From: Rotaria socialis
Lineage: Eukaryota
Reading direction: 5' to 3'
Length of the DNA stretch: 64,000 nt
NCBI GenBank assembly: GCA_905331295.1
Contig: CAJNYD010000459.1
Span: 62,001 to 126,000, forward strand
How positions within the stretch are numbered: position 1 is the stretch's first letter; each line of letters starts with the position of its first letter. The position numbers and the translations under genes were made by a program. Below, piece after piece: positions 12,431 to 23,366 of the stretch. The notes beneath the pieces are model-generated. The model made no database searches. It saw only the letters and a program-made list of their open reading frames with translations, and had not been told where the DNA came from.

Positions 12431-13426
12431 GTAGGAAGCATCATAGAGCCCTTTCACGTTACAGAGAGGTTCACGAAGAATAAAATTTATATCGTTTTAC
12501 TTTTAGATCTCCCAAGTTATCCTTTTAGTAACTTTAACCCTTTTATTGCCTTTAGTTCGTCTTTAGTAAATGACAAGCTGTAAACATTTCAATGGTTGAA
12601 AATCCTCCGCCCGAATATCTTGAGTACCTAAAAATATAACACTCAATGCGTCTTCACGTACAGTATCAGTCTATATTCTTTTTGCTCGTCATCTTGATCT
12701 CAACAAATACGAAACAGCAAAGATACTAAAAACAAAATAGTGTAATCTAAAGAGACTGAAGAGATTATGTGCACTGAAATACTCTAACATATCTTGCTAT
12801 GTATCTTAATATAAAATTCTTTTCTCTTGGACCTATGAGTTAAATGACATCTAGTAAAATTGACAAAATCAAGCGAGGTATCATTTTATTTTCGGATAAT
12901 ATTTTAGTTTAATTCACCATGAGAAATTGAACACATAAACCTTAATATCATGGGATTGAATCACAGTTCTCATGTTCGTCTAGCTCAACTAGACTAGGCT
13001 TGGATTTGACATACGACGTCATCCTTTCGATGCAGAGAATAACTTTTGATAGTTTTCTTATTTATCATTGGCATTTTCTAGAGCATGCAAGAGTTCTAAT
13101 TAGCAATGCAATAGTTGTCTTTTTTTTCCAACGATCGAATGTGAGGACATATGAAATATAATCGAGTGACGACTAAGGGTGAATAATTCACCTATGAAAG
13201 AATTGCCATGTATTATTTTATTTAACTAGTACTATTATAAATGAAGGTATAATTACCTGATTACATGTCTCTAGAGACGTACTAAATAAGAATTACGGTA
13301 TTTTGATTTTTATCTGTTACAATTATTAGATTGTTATTATCACTATTTTATTTTCACTGTGTCAAATATTAAACTCAAACAATCGATTTCAACGAAAATT
13401 TGAGACCCTTATTGATTGATCTAATA

Positions 13427-14182
13427 ATGATGAACAAGAAACGAAAGAGGAACACTATCAATAGATACCAGCTAACAGAATATGAAAATTTCATTAAATT
13501 TCAACAATTGGTGCGAGCTTATTCATCAGAAGAACATGCAAAGTCTGCTCCTATGTTTTATGGTCTCAATGCGTCGCCGCTTGGTTTATGTGCATTTGCA
13601 TTAACAACATTTGTTGTATCAATGTACCTGGCCGGTGCTACAGTGCCAGTTGGTGCGTCTATGGGCGTCGTTATGGGTGCTGCTTTGTTCTATGGTGGAG
13701 TAGTTCAGATCTTAGGTGGCTATCTCGAATATCGTGAAGGAAATAATTTTGGAGCTCTTACATTTTGCTCTTATGGAGCATTTTGGCTTAGTTTCGCATC
13801 ACTTGATGTTGCAGCTTTCAATTTTCTAGTTGGATACAAAGATCCAGAGGTTCTCAGCAATGCATTTGGAGTTTTCTTTCTTGGATGGACAATTTTTACT
13901 GCGTTAATGTTTCTTTCCTCTCTGCGTACCAATTTAGTGACAAGTACTCTTTTCTTTTGTCTCCTTATCACTTTTATTCTTCTTACTAGCAGTAAATTTC
14001 TACTAGGCCATCAGAATTTACAACGAGCCTCTGGAGCATTCGGTATTCTTACTGCATCATTGGCTTGGTATTCAGGTTTTTCACAATTACTTAACAAGAG
14101 CAATTGGTTTTTTAAATGGCCTTTATTTGCAATAAGACATCGACCAGCCACGGACGCTGAAAAACTTTTAGAACCAGCGTAG
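13427..14182 (+). CDS. GPR1/FUN34/YaaH (acetate uptake transporter, SatP/Ady2-like) family membrane protein
   Basis: NASPLGLCAFALTT is a variant of the NPAPLGL signature. Also FYGG..Q, SYGAFWLS and about six hydrophobic helices. First ATG is at 13427. Confidence 0.85.
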   Translation: MMNKKRKRNTINRYQLTEYENFIKFQQLVRAYSSEEHAKSAPMFYGLNASPLGLCAFALTTFVVSMYLAGATVPVGASMGVVMGAALFYGGVVQILGGYLEYREGNNFGALTFCSYGAFWLSFASLDVAAFNFLVGYKDPEVLSNAFGVFFLGWTIFTALMFLSSLRTNLVTSTLFFCLLITFILLTSSKFLLGHQNLQRASGAFGILTASLAWYSGFSQLLNKSNWFFKWPLFAIRHRPATDAEKLLEPA

Positions 14183-15745
14183 TAAAAACGACAATGAAAA
14201 TGAATTGATATTAATTGCTACAAAACTCCTAAGACAATTTTATAGACAGAAAATCATTTTTAAGCAATTGATATAAATTAAATGAAATAACCGAAAAATC
14301 ATACGATAAAAGTCTGAATCAAGTATAATAAAGAAAAAACAGTGTAAGTTGTCTCCTGGACGTTGCTGCTAGATGTGCGAAGAAGGGTGTGGGTGTACGT
14401 GTTGTTATAGTCGATAACAAAAACTACAAAGAATATTCACTTTCTTTCGCCCACATTCTTCACAATTGTGCAGCAAGCCCCGTAAAATATGCATACCCAT
14501 TATTTTTTTCTCGACTGACATTCACCACTGAGAGCTACAGCTTTTCGATGAACTCATCTAACTATTTATAGTGTTGATGATACTAAAAATGAGATTATCC
14601 TTGTTGTCATTGCTTAATCAATATAACTAACGGCATTCTGCTTGTGAGCCACTGCATAAATACAGTAGTCATAAATCATGAAAATATATAAGCTAAGCTA
14701 AATGATTCGATTTTTATCATAATACACAGAATATTATCGACTAGATTAATGGAACAAAACGATACCAAACAAAATCAATCTATTCACTTTACTATAATAT
14801 GATGCACGATAATTTATACACCATAACTAACACAGTGAGTAAACAAAGAAAACAATATGAATTTAGTTTTCTAAATACATTTTGATTGTAAAAAGCACAC
14901 AAGCAATAGTTGGAACAATGAAGAAAAAAAAAGAATTTGTTTTCTTCGTGTTACTTCTGTAATATCTCTGACAACTGTCGGACTAAATAAAAAAATTATT
15001 TAAAGTAGTTTTCTCTGTTTCTCTGCTAAAAAATAGTTAAAGTATTAGTACAATCAAGAGCAGAACAACAAACAAAAATATCTTCTGTGTGTCGGATAAA
15101 TTTAACCATCATTACGGACATAACCAAATGATGAAAAAGGAGAAAAAAATGAAACTAATCAAGTAGGATTGTTCACATGGTGAGGCTCAACTAAGAGAAT
15201 AAAGGATCATCTAATGACTGAATTCCGTTGCTAAAAGTGTGGATATGGGTCATTTCTACACTCACATCCATCACTTATTGGTTAAACCGTATGATTTTTT
15301 TCGTGTTAAAAGCGAGCGAATAAGGAAATCTATTTTATGATGAATCATATTTACTCGATGATGTAAATTGAGTCAAATAGTGTGATCTTAAATAGTGAAA
15401 AATTACATGTATGTTAGTTTTCCTGTTTATGTGTTGCCTACTATGAAATGATTCGTTCCTAATGGCTCCGATTATTAAATTATGTACATTATTATCTAAT
15501 GCATGCTAATGATGGAAAATTACATCCATAGATTAAGAAAAATTGTTTAGTTGAACAAAGCCTGCATCAGATTATTATCTAGAGAGACAGAGAGAGATAT
15601 ATAATTAGTACGTGTTTGCATGACGCATGCTAATATTTTCCGAGAAAGTTGAAGACATACCATTGAAGAATATATTCCCTTTGCTATCATTCTCCTAACT
15701 GAATTTAACAGAAGACACGTTTAATTGTATAGACGTAGCACAGCA

Positions 15746-16696
15746 ATGAACGTCAGTAGCAACTTGGAAGAAATCATTAAACTTACGAGGGCATCTCAAG
15801 CTCTTTTTATGTCATCTGGTCTTATTATTTTCATTATTGGAACATTTGGAAATTTAGCCAATATTATATTGTTTATTCGTCTGGAAAGTCTAAAAACATT
15901 AGCAAGTTCAATGTTTTTACTAGCATCGTTCTTTGGCAATGAGTCTGTATTGATTTTTGGCTTATTACCCCGCGTCATTCAAGGTTTCCAATACTATGAT
16001 TTTCTTGGCTATTCAGCATTTCTGTGTAAGGCACGTTGGTACTTGAGAACCGTAAGCGCTACATTCGCACTGACCTCTGTATGCTTTGCTTCTGTGGATC
16101 GCTATTTAGTTTCATGTGTCAACGTACATCTTCAACGATTTACTACTTTAAACCGAGCTCGTTGGACTATTTTGATTGCTGCTATCTTTTGGCTCGTCGT
16201 TCTCTCGCCATTTACCGTATTTTATACAACAACAGCACAGTCATGTTTTATTGCCGATGTAATCTTCGCAAAATTTGCATCGTATTACAGTTTATTTTTC
16301 TACAGCATACTACCATTCAGTATTTTATCGATTTTCAGTGCATTGACTTGGCGAAATTTAGGTGTACAACAAGCAATATATGTGCGCGCAGGTGGTCGTT
16401 TATACGATCAAATTACTCGAATGCTTATTGCACAAATTATTGTCCTTGTTTTTACAAGTTTCCCGAATGCCATATTTCAACTATATACCATATTAACAAG
16501 CACATCATCGACATTTTCATTACATTATGCACAAGATAATTTGGCCAATGACATATGTTTGGTCGTTGGTGATCTTACTTTTGCTCTACCATTCTATGTT
16601 TATTGGATTGCTTCACCAATCTTTCGAAAAAATGTTAAATCAATGTTGCTAATCCGTCGTCGAATTACGCCACCAACGAACATTCAAATAGCGTGA
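15746..16696 (+). CDS. Class A (rhodopsin-like) GPCR, intronless
   Basis: Seven hydrophobic segments, GN in TM1, C in LCKARWY, SVDRY motif, FP in TM6, PFYVY..ASPIFR at TM7/helix 8. ATG at 15746. Confidence 0.85.
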   Translation: MNVSSNLEEIIKLTRASQALFMSSGLIIFIIGTFGNLANIILFIRLESLKTLASSMFLLASFFGNESVLIFGLLPRVIQGFQYYDFLGYSAFLCKARWYLRTVSATFALTSVCFASVDRYLVSCVNVHLQRFTTLNRARWTILIAAIFWLVVLSPFTVFYTTTAQSCFIADVIFAKFASYYSLFFYSILPFSILSIFSALTWRNLGVQQAIYVRAGGRLYDQITRMLIAQIIVLVFTSFPNAIFQLYTILTSTSSTFSLHYAQDNLANDICLVVGDLTFALPFYVYWIASPIFRKNVKSMLLIRRRITPPTNIQIA

Positions 16697-18397
16697 ATTT
16701 TGCCTATCTAACAGCAACCTTAACTTCTGAAAAGAGATACTTTCTAAATAAACATTTTTCTATTTAAATATTTTCATGACTGTGACGTGCATAATAATGC
16801 TTACAATGATTTTTTAATTGTAAGAAACAGTGTCCTTGAAGATTTTCATTCATCAAGTTTTTCAACTCAGATTTAATACTTGGATTGGAAGTGTCAATAA
16901 AAATAGTTTTTCAGAAATGTTATTGTTTTTCTATTTCTCACGAATTCGAATGAAGTAAGAACTATATACATTAATTTTATAGACAAAACGTCACTGAACA
17001 ATAATAATACTTCATGAACATAATGATTTAAAAAAAGGGGTGTGTGGTAGGGATGCACCAGTACCAGTATTGTACTGGTCTAGTGGTCCAGTAAATACTG
17101 GTTTTCTACGTTCGAAAATAACTATTAGCTAAATGAATCATTTCCTCATCCATCACTTCCTTTGTCTATATTCAAGTGAAACTTGAGTTTTGCCGCATTT
17201 TGAAACAGCATAAGATATTGTATACTCAACTAGCTGATAATATTATATAGAAGTTTTTTCAATAGTTTTCAACGTTTTTGAAGAAAAAAGAATTTCATTC
17301 ATGGATTTAGTCAGATAGTAAAACAATCTTATAAGATAAACCAATGAATCGGAATACTGTGTTTAACATACCAAGTTGAACTTGGGTTTAATCAATCGCG
17401 AAAAAAGCAATTGGATATTTAGTGAACTTTATCAACTTTTAGTTACATAAATCTCATATAAGTAAATGACTTGATTTTTCTACTTCTCTCTCGGTCGAAT
17501 GACACTATTTTCACATATCTATTACGTTGGCCTATGAATATAGCCCATGTCGCTCGGACCGCTCAAAAACCGACGGTTAACCGCAGTTCTGCAGCTAGAT
17601 TTTTTTAAACATAATAATGAATGAAAATCTTTTAATTCTTACAAAATTGATAGATGTTACTCAAAATCGCTGGCTCTATTAATTTTAAGCGAGCTGAAGC
17701 CGCCGGTGCAAGCCACATCAACCAAATTTGCTTAGTTTTTGAGTTTGGTTCTTATTAAAGATGCCGCCATAAAAGAATAGCTATTTATTGTATTACTTAA
17801 CCAATAGAAAAATTAGTCGCGCCATATAGTATAATTGAATGTGATATAAAAATAATCATATTTTTGAGCTGCAATCGAGTTTTTCAATACTGAAAATGTT
17901 AATTTATGCGCAAAATTTAAAAAAATCGATTAATAAAGGGTGAAACCGCTCAAACCGCCGGTTTTATTAAGAACCCCCGGTTACCGTTGGTTTTGATGAA
18001 AAATGAACGACATAGGAAGTTACACAGCTAAAGCTAGAGCTTTTTCGTTCACGATATCGGATACGGAACAGATAATACATATATTAAATGATAATTACGG
18101 CACGGCGAACAAGCAAATCAGTGCAAAAGCTGCCCTCGTATCAATGGTATTTTCTTATTTAATACTAATACAAGTGACAATTGTCATCGTTTACAACATA
18201 TACATTTACTGTTTTCTCCATTGACTGACGTTTAGTGTTATATAATATGCTCAATATAGATTTTCGAGCACAACTAAACTTTTTACCATGACTATGATCT
18301 GACTTAATGATCTTTTCTCCTCAAAAAATTTGAAAGCCATTGAAACTAGATGGTATTCGAGTTTCACTCGCATACGAAATGCGATGCGAAGCAGGAA

Positions 18398-18683
18398 CCC
18401 ATATCGAACATTCCGGTCACCGATCCCTTAGGATGCTCCAGGGAATATGCTGGAAAGTCACCATATCCTGCAGGAAAACACTGGAAATCGCTGGAACATG
18501 GAAGCAGTATTCCGGTCAAAAATACGGCCGGACTTTTCCGGCGAATTCCTGCCACGCCCAGGTGCTTTTTGGCAGGAATTGATCGGAAATCACCGGAAAA
18601 ATTTCCAGCCGGAATACTGCTTCCACAAAATCAACGGAACTACTCGGAACCGGCCGTTTCCAGGCCGGACTTTTCGACCTGGG
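18398..18683. mobile_element. CCGG-rich non-autonomous TIR element with CCC...GGG ends
   Basis: Imperfect TIR CCCATATCGAACATTCCGG versus rc CCCAGGTCGAAAAGTCCGG. Dense internal CCGGAA/TTCCGG motifs. No clean TSD. Confidence 0.55.
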
Positions 18684-18747
18684 AGTCTGGATCCACGAAA
18701 AATTTTTAATTCGAAAAATCTTGAGTGCATTTGAAGTATCTCAAGAC

Positions 18748-18960
18748 AGTCGATCCTGCCTCCGGATTCTACCGGAACCCATCGGAACCAGCACCGGATC
18801 CCTCCAGAAGTCGACATGTTTCCCACTCAAATCTGCCAGGATACGACAGGAATTTCGCCGGAATCTCTGCTCCCGGAATCCGAGCCGGAATTCAAAGAAA
18901 AATGGTCCGGTCGCTTCCTGCCGGAAAATACAACCGAACATTGTCGAAAGTGATCGACCC
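18748..18960. mobile_element. Second CCGG-rich repeat element
   Basis: Ends CAGTCGATC / GATCGACCC, with the same CCGGAA internal motifs as the adjacent element. Confidence 0.4.
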
Positions 18961-21706
18961 AGACTACCGGATAATACCTGGTTCACAAGGACTTCACCAC
19001 ATATTTGGCCGGGTTCCATCAGATTCCGATGGCAAGGACCTCATAAAGAATCTCTCATACAAGCGTCCTTCAATCACAAGATGAATCAATTGTAGTCTTC
19101 AAGAAAACGCATAACAACCGACCCGATCATGCCGCCTGAATGATCGCACATAATCCATATCCTCACCACCAAACAGATCACCAACAAGCATTTACCCCCA
19201 CAACAACAACTCTGAGAAAAGTTGTAACCCAGAACAAACAACATCTTGGCTCACCAATACACACTCTTAGAATGATCCAGAACCATTCTACTATACATCG
19301 TATTCATTTAACAAATTACAAAAACGTTTACTGCGTCATCTTGTTCCATTACAGTTCTTGAAAACATCGCTCCACACATCATTTTGCACCCATCGAAATC
19401 ATCAATAGTTCATAGATAATCCATCTGCACATCATTCTGGGCCATCACGACTTACTCTTTCATCAATTAGTAACATTCTAAAGCTAAAAAATGAGTTATC
19501 TAGTTGCATAATAATGAACAGAAAATTACTCCACAGCTCAACCTCGACGTATCGAAAAATTCACTAAGTAGTAGAGAATCGTTGAGATAATCATTCTCGA
19601 TGGTTCAAACTTACCTTTGCTTCATGAAACAGGATTCTGAGCGACATCCAAAAACGATTTAGTGGCATATGAAGTAATTAATATTATGTGTAAGCAAGGT
19701 TCTGGTGTTCGCAAAAGCGTTTGTTGGTTTTTTCTAATGATGCTTTCGGTCTTGTCAGGCCGAGTAAACACGTGTGTAAGACGTTTTAGATTTTTTCGAG
19801 TTACATAGACGAACAACATAGTATGCATATAGCAAGTTTATCGCGCCCTGGATAATCATTAATGGCTCTGGATTTCGCGTTAGACCAGGGGTCGATCGTA
19901 GAATTAGTTTACATTACCAGGAGTTATGATAAACGACTGGAGTGAGATTGATTCGGGTCGATAACGGCGCTCATCGTAAATAAATACGCGATCCTATCGC
20001 TAATTTGGATCGATTTTTTTATAAAAAACCTATTAGATCGACTATAATTTTCAATTCATGACTATCATCGTTTGTACGAGTTGTTAAGTATCAGTATGAA
20101 TGAATCACACGATGCTCCTTTAGTATCTGTTAATTANATTTTAAATTTAAATTAATAAACTATAAGATCAAATCAAATCAAATTAAATTGATTTAAATTT
20201 AAAATAAATTAAAATAAAATAAAAGAAGAGAATTAAATCATGTCTAAGAATGGAACCCATACCCACACCCACCCACACCCCTATTAATCTAATATGATAT
20301 TTTTTTGTTAGTGGAACAGAAATAAATTATTAAATGAATAATATTTCCCTGGTCGAACTTTATTGTCAATATTATAAATAGAAAATAAGGTTTCAACAGA
20401 GTGCTATCTATATTGAGATAAGTTCACTTCTTATTATGAGCGATATTATGTTTTATGATCTATATTGTAACTCAAGATAGTACGGAGACTATTCGAATTC
20501 TTAGATTTGCTGTGCAGAATCGAATTTCGTTTATTTCATAGTGTAGTAATTAGAACCTTCAGTTGATGTTTTATAAAGAGCTAACTAACCATTTTCAACA
20601 GACTACCTCGATATGATACTTATCCCGTATCTACTCTATATTCCAATGAAGAAACGACGTACTTTGTACTCGAGGTTGGTTTGAGCTACTTGAAAGTCCG
20701 TACATCTCAGTAATTTTAAAGTAGTTCATTGTAGTTGAAATGTGCCCCTTCTCTCGTGCCCTACACATACGGATAATATCCATAAGGGGCCAAACACAGT
20801 AGAAAAAATACACTGAATTAAGAAATGTGATTGATTAATTCAGATTTAAGTCAAATTTTTGAGGTGAATTAGTGGTTAGGTGAAAAGTTGTTGACAATTT
20901 AGTATGCGTATTCGATAGAGATTGCATAAAAAATTCAGCTTTTTCAAAGTTCTTGACGAAAAATTGATGCTTTCAACTTGTTAAAAACAAACTTTTTTTT
21001 AGAAAAAACTTGGCAAATGTCCCTGAGAAAACTTTTCAGAGAAATCTGATATTCAAGATTCGATGTTGTTTCGTTGTCCCTTTCAAACGGCAAAAACCGA
21101 GTCTCACTATCTATTTTCTATCAGATGCTATTCAAAAGCGACTCATTCTTCCTTTAATTTGAAATGCATATTATTTGTTCTACACTATGGTACTTTCCTA
21201 GTCAGTTTCGAACACAATATCTTCTATCGAAAAATAAATCTAATCATTTGAATAAATTTCTCTAGACTCTGAAGCTGATATTTAAATTAGAAAACACGAT
21301 ATCGAGCATAATAATGAACTGAAGTTATACCAAAATCAAATCATAATTCATGAGTAAATGTATTCTGGATCAATAAGTTTTCAATATACATAATGGTTTA
21401 TTTATATCACTTTTTCAATTCACGGTTTTGGCTAGAAAATGTTATATAAAATTTCTATTGATCTAACAATTCATTTCTATTTAAATAATAATAATATAGC
21501 TGTTCAATTCATGAGCAAATAAAATCTTAGAGATTTTTAGATGCCTTCAGCTCATTACAAAAGGCAAACATTTATTTTCATCATATATTATCTTATACTT
21601 CCACCAAAAATGACCTAACAAACATAAGATTTGTCAAAAGCACAAAAGGTTTTTACAAAAAAACACAATTGAACTAAGAGTCAAACTTGTGTTCGTTCAC
21701 CCAACT

Positions 21707-22810
21707 TTAATACTGCAATTAATATAAATATTGACTGGCCCAAATTAATCTCCACGTCACCACCTAAGTATCCTTTTGTAATTAGTAGTAAAGCGTTGCC
21801 ATTAATTTGGAATTTATAAAAAGTTTCAGCGATTTCATCATCAATTAATTATGAGATAAAATTTTTAACTTCGACTATAGTCCATTTGTTTGGATTACTT
21901 GATAACTATAAATGCTCTGTTTCCTATTCATTCGAATTTTCATTTTGACCAACAACACTATCATTTTCTATTTGACCAATTAAAGCACGAAGAGTACTTG
22001 ATCTTTGACAGGATGTTGTTGTTACATTTGGTTTTTTGTACCTTCAAGTGATGAGCAGATTTTTATTCTGCTACTTGATGATGATTTAGATTCATTTAAT
22101 CTAAAAAGAATAAGAAGAAAATGTAATATTAAAATCTTCATGTTTTACCTTCGTCGCCCCGTCTTTTATCTGATACAGTTGATTTACTATAACTAAAAAA
22201 AATGAAAGAAAAAAAAAGAAAATTTCTTTTACCTATGAATTTGTTGATGATGATAAGGTGTATGTACTATTTGTGTATTTGAAAATCCAAGACAAGCATC
22301 TGTTGCTGTTAAATGATCTAAATTTATTCAAATAAATTTGACTTCATTTGTTATTGCATATTTAACTAACTAAAGGTATTGCTGTATAATGGTTCATCAT
22401 AAATTGCTGCTGAATTAACTGTTGAAAATAACTGTGTATGACTTGTATTTGGCTGTGAAGGTGTCATCCCTATATTATTTGTAAATGTATCAAAAAATCT
22501 TTTTCGTATAAAATTTTAATAAAAATAATTTACTTGAATTGAATTCGTATTCCACCATGGATTTTCAGGAACGACATTAAATGTTTGTAAAGAATTGCTA
22601 TATAACTAATGAAAAGACTTTCTTATTACATAACATACAAAAACGTTTTCTTAAATTTTACCTGTTGTACCGCATGAGATGATAACGGTGTTTGTTGATT
22701 TTGCTGAAATATATATATTCGAGAATAACTACAGTCTAAAAAGCAATCAATACTTTTTGTTTTCTTTTTCGTTAAATGACTTGCAATTGGTTGTTGTTTG
22801 TAGCATAAAG
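21707..22810 (-). pseudogene. Degraded multi-exon gene ending in a Polyhomeotic/Scm-type SAM domain
   Basis: Minus strand reads LSSNPNKWTIVEVKNFIS*LIDDEIAETFYKFQINGNALLLIT..YL...VEINLG (21707-21905). Upstream are Q/S/T-rich exon-like blocks separated by short GT-AG segments. In-frame TAA/TAG stops are present. The 5' boundary is approximate. Confidence 0.6.
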
Positions 22811-23366
22811 TATTCTAGACAAAACAAAAAATATATATATCTCAATGTATGTTTTTAATTCTAAGACTAATCCATTATATTATGAATCGATTTTGTGTTG
22901 ATGATGTTTATACTGGATGTCGAATGAAGCGCACCCACACCCACACCCAACTGCACGCACAAGCTGATCTGAGTCTGAGTCATGGCACTGTTAAACGAGT
23001 GTGGGTGTGGCTGGGTGTAAATGCTTTAACCAGGCCCAGGCACACATCCTCTTTTCAAATTTCTCCTATCCTCGATCTTGCTAGCTCGAAGATCAAACAA
23101 ATGCTTTTCACATCTATACTAGAGAAAGCATATACTGACTGAGTCAGTGTGAGAACACTACAATTAGAATAATTGTGGAACAACTGTTTACTTCTTCCTT
23201 TCATTCTTCTATTGACGCAAGCCATCTCACATACTCGGCATACCAACTTCAGTTTGTTTTATTTTGTAATTAAAATTTTCTCTCCTGATTAAGTAAATGG
23301 ATAAAATGAAAAAAAAGCAAACGAGCACGCAAAAAAATTAAAAGAACTCGAATTTAGTCTGTCCTA

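Noticed and set aside
17050..18014. TAGGGATG hAT-like end at ~17049 and AACCG-rich element at ~17547-18014
   Set aside because: No matching second TIR for the first and no TSD for the second.
18340..19095. Cluster of overlapping 60-124 aa ORFs on both strands
   Set aside because: A by-product of GC-rich CCGG repeats with few stop codons; no protein motifs.
19250..19860. Possible hAT transposase relic on the minus strand (CxxC..., FDG..NMCG-like fragments)
   Set aside because: Too many stops and frameshifts to support by eye; needs tBLASTn/HMM.
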